From Octopus vulgaris (taxonomy: Eukaryota): a stretch of 64,000 nt of DNA. The stretch is taken from contig OX597814.1 in NCBI GenBank assembly GCA_951406725.2, positions 75,330,001 through 75,394,000 of the forward strand, in the 5' to 3' direction. Numbering within the stretch: the stretch's first letter is position 1; the number at the start of each line of letters is the position of its first letter. Shown here one piece after another: positions 17,250 through 31,566 of this stretch. Both the position numbers and the translations under genes were made by a program. Below the pieces are notes generated by a model. The model was not told the origin of the DNA. It saw only the letters and a list, made by a program, of their open reading frames with translations, and did not search any database.

Positions 17250-19900
17250 TATTTTTTGTTCTAGTTTCAGCTCAGAGCTGTGGCCATGCTGATGCACCGC
17301 CATTTTGCTACACTGTTATTACTAAGAGCCTCCTCTAATATGTGGCACTTGGAGAAGCATGGAGTTTGATATAGCTGCCCTCATTGCACCTCTTGCCGTG
17401 AGGTAGGTTCATCTGGGACTCTCGACAAGAAGAGGTCCAGCTTTGATTTAAAAACCCCTATATCTATTTTGTGCAAGTTCCTGAGACTCTTTGGAAGAAT
17501 ATTAAAAAGCTGTGGTCCCTTGAAACCCAGGCAGTTGCAGTAGCTGGGCCTGAAGCGTGATGGCATTGCTGGGACCTTTAGCACTATGCAGTGTCATCCC
17601 ATTCTGGCATTGGCGTAGCTTTCAATGCCAAAATTTGGCACATTTCCTTCCAGGATTTTCCAGATATATAGTACTGCATACCTCTCCCGTCTTCTGTCCA
17701 GGTAGTAGAGTTTTAACCTTTCCCAGTAGCTGAGCTGTTGCCAAGAGATGATCTTTGTGAATCTTCTCTGGATTGCTTCAAGTTCCGCTGTTAATTTCAC
17801 ACTGGTGGGTGACCATAGCTGTGAGCAGTAATCCAGGTGGCTGAGGATAATGTTCCCCAGAGGACTGTCATGGTTTCCTTATCTCTGGTTCTGAATGTTC
17901 TTAGGATCCATCCAGCCAGTCGTCTGCACTTTATTGCCATCCTGGTAATAAGCACTTGGAAAGAGGTATCATCACTCATGTCGATACCCAGGTCCCTCAC
18001 TGATTTAGGCTCTGGGACTGAAATTCCCTGTGGACCAGTGCACCCTGTAAGTTTAATATTCAGTTTTGGATGCTGGTAGTGCAGGGCCTGGAATTTTTCG
18101 GCATTAAACTGCATATTATTATCCTCAGCCCATCTTTAAATTGAGTCCAACTCCAACTGCAGGTGTGCAACATCGCTGGGGTTCTGTACTTTCTGTGAGA
18201 CTTTCGTATCATCTGCATAGCTTCGTATCATCTGGGCATTTGAAGGCAATATTCTGAGAGGGCCACTATAAAAAGCAGTGGTCCCAAGACAGTGCCCTGT
18301 GGAACACCATTCACTATTTGTGTTTTCAGAGAGGTGGCTCCATTAGCCACTACTGCCTGACTCTTATCTTTCAGGAAATCGTGTAACCACTCTCCAAGTT
18401 TTCCAGCTATGCCAAGGACACGCAGTTTGTGGCATATCATATCATGATCCACCTTGTCAAAAGCTTTTGCAAAATCAAGGTATATTACATCCACATTTGA
18501 TTTGTTGAGTAACTGCCTCAACACCCAGTCATAATATTGTAAGAGCTGGGTCAAGCAGCTCCTACCTGGTTAAAAACCATGCTGGGTATCATTCAGCAAG
18601 GAATGTGGTTAGTTTCCCTCTGACTATCTGTTCCATGACTTTGCTGATGTGTGAAGTCAGAGAGATAGTTTTTGGCATCTGCTCTACTTCTCCCTTTATG
18701 TATTGGGCATATTATTCCCTCCTTCAGCTTGTTTGGCAGTTTGCAATTTGTAAGAAAGATCTGGAAGAGAATTTGAAGGGGTTTTGCCAGGGCATGCTTA
18801 CACGATTTGAGGAGGATTGCTGGGAAACCATCAGGACCAGCGGCTGAGTTTGTGTCCACTTCATCTATGTCGAGTAGTATATCTTCTTCGCTAATGTCAA
18901 TGTATTCCATTGTAACTGCCTTGCTGATTATAGGTGAGGCGGCAAAGAAGTCCACTGGTTCGTTCACTTGTCTGTCTTCCAACGGGGTGGTAAAGACACT
19001 TTTGAATTGGTCATTCAGTATCTCACTGATCTTAGTAGGACTGTCTGTGAAGGAGCCATCTTTTTGGAGGAGGAGTCCTATCTTGTAGTGTACTGAGGCT
19101 GTTTCTTTCGCGTAATGAAAGAAGGCCTTTGGGTTTGACTTAATTTTTATTATAACCCAGGCGTCTTTGTCTGCTTTCTCCCTCACATAGGATTGTTGCA
19201 GCCTTTTTCTTTATCTCTATCAGTGTTGTTTTTAGGCAGGACGTTTCGCTACTTTTGGTATGTTGGTTGAATCGATTTGCAACCTTTGTCCATCGTCACA
19301 TGAGGATCTTCCTCACCCTTGCAATCATGCTCGTATTTGTTTTGGTCTTGTGCTCTGGGACATATTTCTGGCATATGGCTTGCACAGAAAACATGAAACA
19401 TTCTAGTTTCATATCAATGTCTGGTGTGGAGAGACATTTCAGCCGGTCCTCTCTGAGGATCTCTTTTTGGATCGATTTCCAGTTTGCTTTGTGGAAGTTC
19501 AGATTGGAGAGATTTCGGGTGCTTCCTTTAGGCTGTATGTCTCTGGTTACTTTCGGCCCAAACATAGACAGCTCTATTATGTTGTGATCCAAGACTAATG
19601 TTGGGACTCCACCTGTGCTTGCTTGCAATGAGTCATTCCTGAGAGTATGAGACCTTCGGGCCATTTGACATTGGGGAAGTTGAAATCACCCATAAGAAAT
19701 ATGGTCACGTGATGTTCCAGATTCATGAGGATTTCTTTAATTCTTGCGGGGCAATCTTCAAACTTGCCTATGTGGGTTAGAGCATCCGGTGGGCAATATG
19801 TATTGCATATGACTATATTATGTTGTCTTATGTATACAATTAGAGTGTCACATACTGAATACAATAGTTTTAAACTCTTCCTTTGAAGTAAGTGTGACAC
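17250..19900 (-). mobile_element. Decayed CR1/L2-group LINE ORF2 (APE plus RT), same family as 1612-2616
   Basis: Fragments MGDFNFPNVKW, DHNII, SNPKAFF, SAAGPDG, YLDFAKAFDKVDH, GVPQGTVLGPLLF and MQFNAEKFQAL. The 3' tail at 17260-17305 matches 2550-2596. Confidence 0.92.
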
Positions 19901-19966
19901 ACACCACAGGTATGTACAAAAACAAAAAAAACCTAGTGTATTAATATTATCAACAAGGTTAACTGA

Positions 19967-20185
19967 TTAGTAGTTATAAAGACCAGAACACTCACTGGAG
20001 TTTTGGGAAACAGGAATAAGAGGCCAATTTCCAGAAGTTAAGCATATACTGAAGAGTTTTGATAGAACAGGAGGAAGTTCCAACATATTTTCTAAAACAA
20101 TAATAGAAATATTATCCAAACCAGATGCCATATAAATGTCAAGGTTGGAAATTACTTTTGTCACAGATTGAGAAGTTATATGCAA
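19967..20185 (-). mobile_element. Old LINE RT relic
   Basis: ASGLDNISIIVL..ELPPVLSKLFSICL..YNY resembles the RT domain 0/1 region. Confidence 0.5.
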
Positions 20186-22219
20186 GTCAGATAAACAAAC
20201 ATCACATTAAGAATGAAAGTTTGGAAGAACATGAGCAGACAATCTAATCTGTAACTGTAGAAACCAATAAAAGAGAAGCTATTCTCTTTTTAATAGACTG
20301 ATTTCTATTTTGCTAGAGAGAAGAAAGTTTTCCAACTCATGCATCAGACACAATCATTTGATTATGGTATCAATGAAAATGGCACTTAATAATTCTTTGA
20401 ATATTAAACCATACGATATATTGATAATCAAACTGAATTTATTAAAGCTAATCAATTTCATTATAAAAGACTGAGATAGTTTAAAGGAAAGGTTAAGTAA
20501 TATTTCCTATAGCATCATATATAATAATTTAAAAGAACACTTACTAGTTCACTAAAAACACTTTAGCTAAAAATATATAATGTTTAAATATATGAAATTT
20601 AATTTTCTATATTTGTGACTCATTGGCTGCACATCAAAAATGTTTATGTATGTCTTTTTTTTTTAGAAAGAAAAAAAAAACTCGACCAATATATTTAAAA
20701 ACTTAATTTTTATTTTAATTGCAGTTAATGATTCTCAAGTAATAATTTAAAAGCTTCTGTAGGCTACTTTTATAAAATCCAAATGTTTTGGGAGCATATA
20801 TTGTAAAAAGGTTCATTTTAATGAAGTATATAGTCTCTCATGAGTATACAAATCCCACTGATTTGTAAATAATTGATAGTATGCAGGGACAAAAAACAGA
20901 GTCAAAATACTGTAGAAGTTATTCTGAAGTAGATACCATGAAGATGGGATCCTCATGTTATGAAAAACAGTTATTTTCAATTTTAACCCAAGAGGCTTTA
21001 TAATGTTCAATAAAAGTACTTCTATGTGGTCACTAAATCTGCTGGAACTTGCAGTCAAATCTTCCTTAAATCAATATTTTATTATCTTAAAGAAGGACTT
21101 ACAAGTATCATAGATTGAGTTGCAATATTTCAGAGTAGAAGGAAAGAAGAGGATGGTCACAGTTTAAATGCCTTTGATCATAAGTTTGCATGATTGTGTC
21201 CAGACAACAAACCTAGAAGACCTCAGTCACAATTCATTGGCTGGATTGCTCTATTTCATACAGTGTTGTAGTAACAATATTCAGCCAAATGCTAAACAAT
21301 GTCTTCCTGAAAATGAAAATGGTTTTTGATTATGGTGTAATTGTTTCTGTTATAAAACTTCCCAGTTGCCATTGCTTAACATTCTAATAGTCTATTCATA
21401 TTCAGTTACCTGGCAATTAGAATACAATATGAAATTCAAACTAATAGAAAGCCATTGTCTCTAAGATTATTAACTGATAATTTATGTGGCCCTTCACTTT
21501 TTTCTTAACTGAGACACTAAGTTTGTAAATGACAATTGACAGTTGAAATAAATGAACTGAATTATTGAGTTGATAATGATGGTGATAGTTGTTGTTTAGT
21601 GCCAATTTAACCTTTTTGGGGATCTATGATCAAAAGTATATCAACAACAAATATTATCCCTTTTGAATATTATCTGCCTTTACCATCATGATTCAGAGTG
21701 TACATTCCATTTGAAAATTGTTTGCCATTATTCAAATTAAACTCCTGAATTCCTTGTAATTATTCACAAAATGTATCTAACAGAAACAAATTTTCTGAGG
21801 ATAAATTAATAACATCATTATAAAAGGAAGAGTAGTCTTAGAATCTTAGGTCCCACTTTGAATATAATTTTACAATAAACAGGGATACCAAGACTTAAAT
21901 CATTTTTGTCAGATGTAACAGCTCTATCGTCACAGGCTAACACTGGTAGGATGTGGAAAATCAAGGAAAACTGATAAAATTATTTATTGTTGCAATCTTT
22001 CTGTAATACCTTATTATTTTCTACAACAGCTTTTACATCAATGATCATCCCACCTTTCTTCTTAAATTCGATACTATAATGTATAAGTTGTGCCTTCCAA
22101 TTTTTATGTTTCTTTTTCGTTGAGAATTTTGTTGCAGTTTCAAGCAGGTTGAGCAGCAACAAAAATGCTCCCACCTATGTAGTTAACAGCAAGTAATTAT
22201 TGAATTCAATAAGCACCTA

Positions 22220-24300
22220 GAGCAGTTGTTCTTTAAGTAGGCAATTACTGCCCACCTAGGAGCATTGAAAAGATCTGATAGTGATAAGCAGAGAGGGAAT
22301 GTAGGGCAGCCCTATATCCCCTCTCTGGGACAGCTGATATCAATGATACTTTAGGTTTGGAAAAGAAATACTGACAGTGATAAACAAAGAAGGTTCATAG
22401 TAGGCTGCTCAGTAACAAGGGACAGATGATATCAATACAAATTAAATGTGTTTTTCAGTTTGAAAATGAGTCATGATTCAAGTAAAATGCAAAATATTGT
22501 GAAGACTGAAAATTAAAGTTAAATTATGAAACAATCTACTGTTAAGATAGAAAAACCTAGTGTAGCTTCTAGTGATGGAAGAAATACTTCTAGTCATGAT
22601 CACAATGTTTTGTTTTAGCTAAACAGCAGGGTTTTAAAAGAGCTTTGTCATTATAGTTAACATTAATCTTTATGGGTCTTTGGACCCTGGAAGAATTCTA
22701 AATCTCAGCTGAGTGAATATGAATGTGCAAAAGCCAAAGTTAATTAGAATTTTGCAAAAAGAAATGATAGGGAATTTATGGAAAATTGACTACAGATTTT
22801 TCAATCAAAATGTTCATTTCAAGAAAGTGTGAAAATTATGAAGAATTTAACAAATAAATGGAATAACTCCTAAATGGAACAAAATATTAAATCAAAGAGC
22901 AAATCAAGGTTTAGTAAACTGCAATGAAGTTCAACAAATGAAAGTATTGATTGACAATGTACTGCATCCTATTTCAATTAGTTATTCAATGCTTCCTTTT
23001 CAAAACTTCCTTGATCACAGGTAAAAATACTTCCAGAAAATTGGAACAGCAAAAATGTTGAAATTGCTGAGTTAATTAACTGTGTCATTTTTCAAAATAT
23101 TATGAAAGATATCCGAGGTGCTTCTTATCACACATTAATTGTAAATGAAATTAACAACACCACAGTTAGAAAACTGCTGATTTTGTAAATGAAATAATGT
23201 TTCTCTGATGGAACTATGGCTAACAGTGAGTTACTTTTCACATACTAACAATTTTTATTTGATAAGGAATTAGATTTATAAAAGATGACAAATTTCAGCT
23301 CAACTAGTGCTGTAGTCAGATGTGATGCAATATTATTAAAGAAATTTCACATATCTCAGAATAATACTGTGTAACCCACCAGAAGAATCTAAGCTTCGAT
23401 GATGCATGTGTATGATGAAGAATACGGAAATATTTCTTTACACTCTATATACAAGCCATCTGCAAAGGAATTTCTGAGAAAATAGCCAAAATTGTAGAAT
23501 ATACTGTAGTCTCAAAGGAACCACAAAAAGTAAGTCAAATATAGTGTAAAAATGTCACAATTGTAGTGAAAAAAAGTGGTTAAAAATGATAAAATATTCA
23601 TCAAGTCTTTCTCAAAAAAGTCGATAACAAACTGAGCCTATTTGAAAGTATTGCAGAATCTACAAAATTAAGTTTCTACTGACTTACTGAATTATATTTT
23701 AGTTGAAATTGTGGGTATTATTTGAAGTTTTCAAGTTTAATCGGGCAAAATCTTGGTAACACTTCAGACAGTACCTAAGTGAGATGCCAAGTTTACAAAG
23801 TTCAGTTTGGAATATTGATATAATATATAAGTTTCTAAAAGAGAATTATCTGTGTGTCATAGATTGAGATATACAACCTGTGGATTTTGCCATGAAAAAG
23901 TTTCAGTCACAGAAAATAAAGCATAAAAGAATAAAACAAGTAATCACAAAGAAAGTGTTTAACTGTGCATTCATAAACTATTGCTCTACAGACATTTATT
24001 ATTTTCAGTAATGGACAATTCAAAGCTGTGCTTCAGCAAAAGAAGAAAAAGGGAGTGTTTGAATCTATTGTATAGGATTTATAGACCTAACGGGTTTTAA
24101 ACTAATAATATCATACAATTTCTAGCTCTGAGACATAGGAAATGAAAGTGCTGAATGGCTGACAGAAAATATAGCCAATTACCTCTCAGAAATGTCTTAT
24201 CTAATATATTATGTAAATAATTCCAACTATGTAATACCTTTCTTCTCATGTGAAATGCCTTCAAATATTCAGTATTCTGAATCAAATGAGTGTAAATATC
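22220..24300 (+). mobile_element. Highly decayed hAT-like transposase relic (boundaries approximate)
   Basis: Translated fragments SYHTLIVNEINNTTVRKLLIL (~23120, cf. the DExxD catalytic region) and YCVTHQKNL (~23365, cf. HCxxHxLNL); many stop codons. Confidence 0.4.
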
Positions 24301-26149
24301 AAAGTGGATAAGAGAACCAAATACTCAGTCCAAAGGTTGATGGTGTGAATCATGTTAGTAACACAGTAGATGGCTCAAAGTCTGTACTTTACAGACTACA
24401 CAAAATGAACAACATCAAATAAATGTTCAAAATTAGTGTTCCATTAACTTTCAGGAGTAATTTTGACCTCCTGTGTGTGCCACTTAAAGAATGAACTTCA
24501 CAAAACTCCAGATACACTTCATGCTTAACATTTATAATCAAATCTCATGAGAAAAATAAAACATGTGGAAATGTTCTATTCCAGTCTATGTAATTCATAG
24601 TCCACCATAAGATTCATATCACCACAGATTCAGCTATAGCTATTATTAATCTTCAGCATTTAGTTATCTAAGCTTTCTAATTTGAACCCCGTTTCAGAAA
24701 GCAATACACTACACTAATCTACTGCAGATTAGTAAATCATTTAAATGCAATACTGTGCACCACGGTGGTGTAATTTAAATGTTCTAATCTCTTTTACCAG
24801 AGCAACCATGCTTAAGATCTCACTCTCGCTAAATGTAGAGGGATTAAAAGAAGATACAAACCTCCTCCCATAAAATTAACTTAATCCCATATTAATAGCT
24901 GCTTTTATTCCAAGAAGATCCCTGCAGGGTCTTTTTCAGAAGCATGCATACACACACACTCTCTCTCTCATACAATAGTTAAAACAAACAAAAATTTCTA
25001 GAAACACAAGCTGTCAATGGCAGGGTTTGAAATCAAAATATTCAGGTCAATATTGAGAACTTAGCCTATTATATGTGGTTTAAGTGGACTTCTTTCTTTA
25101 ATGATAGCAACTGATCTTTCTTTTGAAAAACTTATTAACATTTCTTTCAAGTGAAGCAATCACAAACACTTCATGTAGAAGCTACAGTAAGTTAAGATTC
25201 TTTTAAAAATCTGATAGAGGGTCTGGGGTGGAGAAGAGAGCCATTATAAAATTTACTTTCCTCTCATGCCAACACACACCAAAACAAGTTATGAAATCAA
25301 CTGGTTGAAAATCCAAATATAAAAAGATGAAAGTTTTTTGTTTTTTTTGCTACCAGTAACAACTCTGCTGCCACTGTTGCTTTAATCCTATACATCTCTA
25401 CTACTTTTAGATAAATCAGGAAAATACTGTACAATGAGGTTAGAAGGGCAATTAGGTCAGGAATATGACCAATTTTAAAGAACTATTAATATTTATCTCA
25501 ACACACTCAAAATAGACTGCTAACCAACTTTTTAGTTCCAGCTAAGAGTTTAAAAAAAGATCACCATAGCAGATCAATATTTAATGTCTGCAGTGATATT
25601 TGTTTTTGTATTTTTGATTTAAAATAACATTTTTAAAAAATGATTAAAAAAATGACTCACAATGTAAAAGGAAAACGAATTGGGATTTTTTGGTCATTGT
25701 TAGTTTTATGCTAGCCCTAGAAAGCACATATCTTTAAGTAGCTTTGTAGACCAACTCAAAATAACAAGAAAGAAAACAAATTTAATCCTTAAAAAAATGC
25801 TATGTTGGAGGTGAGCTGGAAGGTGAACTTTTAGTAATCTTTGTATAAAGCAAGTCAACAACGAAAAGTTACAATAAAAGTTGCCAGGTAACACAAGTTG
25901 AAAAAATATGTGTTTCTAATTCTACATTGAGCACAACTATTGCTTTAGATTGGCCAATAGCTTTTGGTTCATATTAACAGACAAAAATATATAATAAAAA
26001 TAAAAACCATAAATTTAATAAACGACAGCAGCTAACAGGAACATTCTAAACACAAGTATTTTATTCAGACAAAATTAGTTTGAATAAAGTAATCTTAAAC
26101 GACAATAGCTGTGACTAAAGAACAAAACAAAATTTTGAGTCAGCATGTT

Positions 26150-27300
26150 TTTAGTAAAAGCACAAGGCCTGAATTTGGTAGAAGTTACTTGATTAAAGTG
26201 GCTCCATTACTTGACTGGTACATATTTTATCAACAAAAGAAGGTTGAAAGGTAAAGATGTTCTCAGTGGTATTTGAATCCAAAACACAAAGGAGATGGAA
26301 GAAATACTATGAAACAATTTGTCTGACACACTAAAAATACTGCCAATCAACCAACCCTATAATTTAGGCACAAGGCCACAAAATTTTAAGAGTTGGAATT
26401 AGTTGATTACACTGGCTTTAGTACTTAAATAGTATTTTAGTTTAGAAGACCTAGAAGGATGAAAGAGCTATGTAGACCTCAATGGGATGATCCCAGACCA
26501 CATAGAGTCAGAACAAGTACTACAAGGCATTTTCTCTGACACTCTAACAATTTTGCTCCTCCACTGTACAAGCAATAATGGTAAAAATAATTGTTTCTAA
26601 TTTAGGTACAAAGCCAGCAATTTTAGAAGGAAGAAATAAGTTGATTAAATCTACCACTGGTACTTTATTTTATCAACTTCAAAAGAGTGAAAAGTAAAAT
26701 TGGCCTCAATAGGAATTGAACTCAAAATATAAGAAGCAAAAAGAAATACTGCATAGCAATTTTTCTGATGCTCAAATGATTCTGCCAGCTCCCCCTCCTA
26801 AGAACAATAATAACTATACTATAGCATATGCCATTCCACAAAAAATGGATATCAAGGTTAATCCATCTAATATTGTTTGTTGTCAAGGATCACCATAAAA
26901 GATAGTGCTTCACTTCTTAAATGAAGAATCAAATTTACAAATATACACACCACACAGAAAATAGCACTACTTGGCACTGCACAAATATGAAGAGTGGTTC
27001 CAATACAAAATCTAAAAAGAAAACATTGTACACTACCAAGATGCAAAGAACTATCCAATGAAAACATGACTACAAAAAAATAATAATTTTTAAAAATTCA
27101 AAAGGCTGGAAATTTGATGGGAGGGATAAATTGACTACATCATCCCCAGTATTTAAATGGTACTTTCTTTTATTGAACCCAGAAGGATGAAAGGCAAAGT
27201 ATTCTGTGGCAAGATTTGAACTTAGAATTTAAAGAAGTGGAACAAATACTGCAAGACATTTTATCTAGTGACTTTATGAGTTCTGACAACCCACTGCCCA
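26150..27300 (-). mobile_element. Cluster of old tRNA-headed SINE copies (about 4)
   Basis: Repeated degenerate GGCACAAGGCC..GATTA..TGGTACTT..TTTTATC..GAAGGATGAAAGG..GATTTGAACTC..GCATTTT..TCTGCCA, matching the family at 49138-49368. Confidence 0.65.
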
Positions 27301-27783
27301 TAGACTACTGCAAAATAATAAAGCACAGAATTCACAAATTATGCATGTCTCAATGCTGTATTTATTTTCTTACATCTGAAGTCTCTGAAATCACCACTAA
27401 CAAGGGAAGAACTATTATATGTTAAGTTAGTGTTATCCATGTTCAACGTTGGCAGCATGATGAGGAAAAATACAATACTAGTCAATCAGTGATATTATTT
27501 TTCATTTTCCTGTATAGCACAACAACCTTGAATGTGTTTTAGCTTTATTGACATCATAAGTAAAGCATAGCCTTCATCATATTTGCAAAAATAGTAACAC
27601 ATGTAAAAGTTTTGTGTATTGATTACCATACATATGGTTTGTTTACTTACTACTGAATAATGCTAGTTCATTCATTCTTAATATGCTTATCACATAAAGG
27701 TAGTAAATTGGGTATTCGAGAGCAAGGACCAGATCCATCATACAAACTAGATGGGATCTGGGCTACGACAAAAATATCAATTA

Positions 27784-30700
27784 CTAGCTGAAATACCCGG
27801 CGTCACCAAAGTTAATGACTCAGAAAATTAACAGTAACATCGCAAAACTCTTTATCTAACATATAGTAAATATTTTCAAAGTGAAAAAAAAAGAAAAAAT
27901 CAATGAAACTTTAGACTAAGAACACGTTGTAGACCTTTATATTTTTCTTCTTTTAAGAATATATTTTAATTGATTTTATCCCTAAAATCTAAACAACAAT
28001 ACTAACCTTAGTATTAAATTCTAAACCTAACCCTCAATGCTAGCCCTAATTTTTGTGTGGAATCACGATCTCCTATGTTTGAAACATATACAACTTTAAA
28101 AAAAAATTGGAACATTAAAATAACCTATATAACTTTAAAACTAAACAGGACAAAAAAGTGATAAGCAATTGTAATTTTTTATTTGCAGAATAAGTAAAGC
28201 ATAGCCTGGTATTGAAAACATAGAAAGTGGAAAGATGCACACACACATGCATGCATGCACACACACACATCAGGGTTACCTGGTGTTACTCAGGAGCCAA
28301 ATGCCATATGATAGTTTTGCCATGCTAAATACATTTTTGCATTTCATTTTTAAGATCCCTATTTTTGGCCCATGTCCTTTCACCTCTTGTGTTATTTGTT
28401 CATCTTACTTACTATTTATTCTAAATATAGAACTTCCTTACAAACAGTGTTACATGTTTTCCCAGAAGGAGCCTATGTAAAAAGATTGCGTGGACTTCCA
28501 ACTCTTGTACATGCTAAATATATATTTCTTTACTACCCACAAGGGGCTAAACACAGAGGGGACAAACAAGGACAAAGGGATAAAGTCAATTACATCGACC
28601 CCAGTGCGTAAATGGTACTTAATTTATCGACTCCGAAAGGATGAAAGGCACAGTTGACCTTGGCGGAATTTGAACTCAGAACGTAATGGCTAACAAAAAA
28701 TGGCTATGCATTTCGCCCGGCATGCTAATGTTTCTGCCAGCTCACTACATATCGTTGCCCATGTGATTCATTTATAGACATAGCAAAGCTGAGTTTCACT
28801 GGAAATTGTAACCTTTTGAATACAAAAGATATTTCTGTGTTAGATGGAATCAAAGGTATTCTTGTTATAAGTGCCTCTTTTTCCATAAAACACCCAGTCA
28901 AAATAGTAGCCTGAATAATGAGGTATTAATTTTATTAACTACCAGTCTAGTGCCATTACACAACTGAGGCTGATCAAGGTTCCATAGTAGCATGATGATG
29001 GCTCCTACCTTTAAGAGAAATCTGTGTGGTGGCAAGTAAAAACGTTGTGACAAATGTTTTGACACACTTGGCAAGTAAAAACTTAGTGACAAATGTTTTG
29101 ACAGTTCCTGCAGGAATATCAAGGAAAAAGCCCTCCCATTTGATCAAAAATCTTTTCTAGTATAGTATTGTAGAATACTTTTTGTTCAAGCAACAATTTA
29201 GGTTCATTTTCACTAACATATCTCTTGAGAGGTCTTCCATGTCATAGGAAGTTTCATTTAAGAGATACATTGTTGATCAAGTTCAGAACGACTGGTATGA
29301 GCAAGTTCACACTCATGCAATTTCAAACAAACAACTTTGTCTTCAATGGCAATTAATGCAGCATTGTAGATTTTGTCACTGTGCTCTATTTTTGTGCCAG
29401 GACATTGTAATTGAATCTGGTACTTGTAATCTTCTGCAAGATAATTTCTGTATCTTAGCCATATTGATCCTGGATCCCCTAAATCACAGTATTTAAGTAG
29501 AATTGCAAACAGGGTTCTTAAATTGCCTCCTGTGCAAGACACAGAAGCCTTTGACATAGCTGCCATCCAATGACTATCATCCTGTAACAAACCTAACCTA
29601 AAAGCTGCTTCTCTATTCAAAGCACAAACATAACCATCAACAGTTTGAAGGTTGATAAAATATGTGTGGCCACAAATTTCATGGAGAAGCAATCATAAGT
29701 AAAAACATTCCTGCTGAGTTGAATGCACAGTATAAACTTATCCTAGAAATTTGTCAAATTGGATATCAGGATAACCATCAACCTCAGCACCTCTTTTTCT
29801 GCGATTCCATTGTTTGTTGTTCCATGTATAATATGACGGTAATTGATAGTCCAACAGGTTTTTAGCAAAAGAGTTTTTCTGGCATAGTCTGAAAAATGCT
29901 GTTAGTGTAGTCTCTCTTGGAGTTAGGGATTGCTGAGCTGCAGTTTCTGTAGTGAAATATATTCTTTGCCCATTCTCTAAATGAACTAAAAGTTGTTTCA
30001 TAACCCTTATTAACATATTTACAAATGTACTTAATTGACTTTATAGAATTACAATATTCAACATATATGTAAGTATTGAATGTCTTAGACAAAAGAGGGC
30101 AGTAAGGCACTATCCATTGATTACCAATTTGTATGGTGACCAATTTTTGTTTCAAAATCTCCATCTTGTGGTGCCCTTCTTTCTGTATGATGGATATCCA
30201 TCATTACCCATTTGCATTTCTTTAATGAAATTTTTAGGATAATGTTTCAATACACTTCTTGTCTTTCATGCAAGGTGCAGTTGGTTGAGGTCACCACATG
30301 GGCCACGAACCATGTTTGATGTTACAATTTCATAAAGTTCTTCGTCTTTTGTGGAGTTTGGAATTTCTGCTGAGATTATGGAATCAATCTCATCAGTTTG
30401 AATTTTCTGCAAAAGACAGATTAATATATGTGTGTGAGGTAGGCCTCTTTTTTGTCATTCAGTGGTATATATGTAACAACATACTGGTCAAAATATATAA
30501 AACTTAGTTATGAAGTCCATCAATTTTGAAACGTTGAGATGAAAAACTCTTGCAATTAGGTCATGTCTATTGATGTATAACTGTTCTGGGAAAAGTTCAG
30601 TTTGGATTTCGTTCCATTTGGGATTGCAAGTAAAAATGATGAAAAGATTAGGATGTCCATAATTACACACATAAGTCATGGCATCCTGTGTCCTCTCATT

Positions 30701-31566
30701 CATATATCTTGGGCTTCCTGTAAAATTGGATGGGAGAATACAAAATTGTCCAAGCCCTGTCCCAGCAATATCATTGTTAATGCCATCTTGTAAATGCACA
30801 TACGATTCTGAATGTAGTTCTTTTTGGTACCTTTTTATGTAGCACAACCTCTCCGACTCTATTTTGGCATACATATCAACAACATACTGGTGAAAAAGAT
30901 CTTGGCAATAGTGAAGATGATTAAATGAATTATTTCGACTCATCAATCAATGAACATAATAATCCATACAGGATACAGATTCCTCCAACTTGTATACCAA
31001 AGTGGTATCCATCTTCTCCATTAGCAAAAAGCAAGGGATATTGTAAAACATCATATGAACAATGAGTTTCATTTATGAATGTGATGCTATTGTCACGATA
31101 TTTCCAAACAATATCTTGTTTCCCAAGTTCTTCTCCAACCATAATAATGTTCCTTTAGAACATCACCTATAAAATATATTTGTAAAAATTGTGGATCTTT
31201 ATCTGTAAAGGCTTAAGAGAACCAATTGCGATAAATTTGTCATTGCACTTTAAAAGTCAGCATAAACCCACTTTCCCTAATAATTTTTGCCCCAAATGAT
31301 GTCATTCGAAAAGCAAAATTGTATGCTCACATATCTTTAAGAAAGTGTTTTGATTCTGAAGTGGTACCCAAAAGAGGATATGTTATAAGTTCTGGAGACT
31401 CAATTATTTGTAAATGGACTTTATCTTTAGAACAACACACACCTAATAGTTCCTTCTCCCACTCCCTAACACCCCACTTTTCACATGTTTTGCACATAGA
31501 GCCCAGGGAGACAATTTTTTCAGATACATAATTATGATTAGGATCATAAATGCTACACCTTGCCAC
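27784..31566 (-). mobile_element. Decayed Helitron (Rep/Helicase pseudogene)
   Basis: YDVLQYPLLF..GEDG, HQYVVDMYAKIE, FTGSPRYM, FTCNPKW, QKRGLPHTH (HUH motif, ~30430-30460), GPCG, SIKYICKYVNKG and helicase VGAIIMLLWNL..LCNGTRL. The minus-strand 3' end reads GACGCCGGGTATTTCAGCTAG|T at 27784. Confidence 0.9.
28525..28745 (-). mobile_element. tRNA-headed SINE nested in the Helitron
   Basis: Close match to 49138-49368; minus-strand head GAGCTGGCAGAAAC..GAGTTCAAATTCC (A/B boxes). Confidence 0.85.
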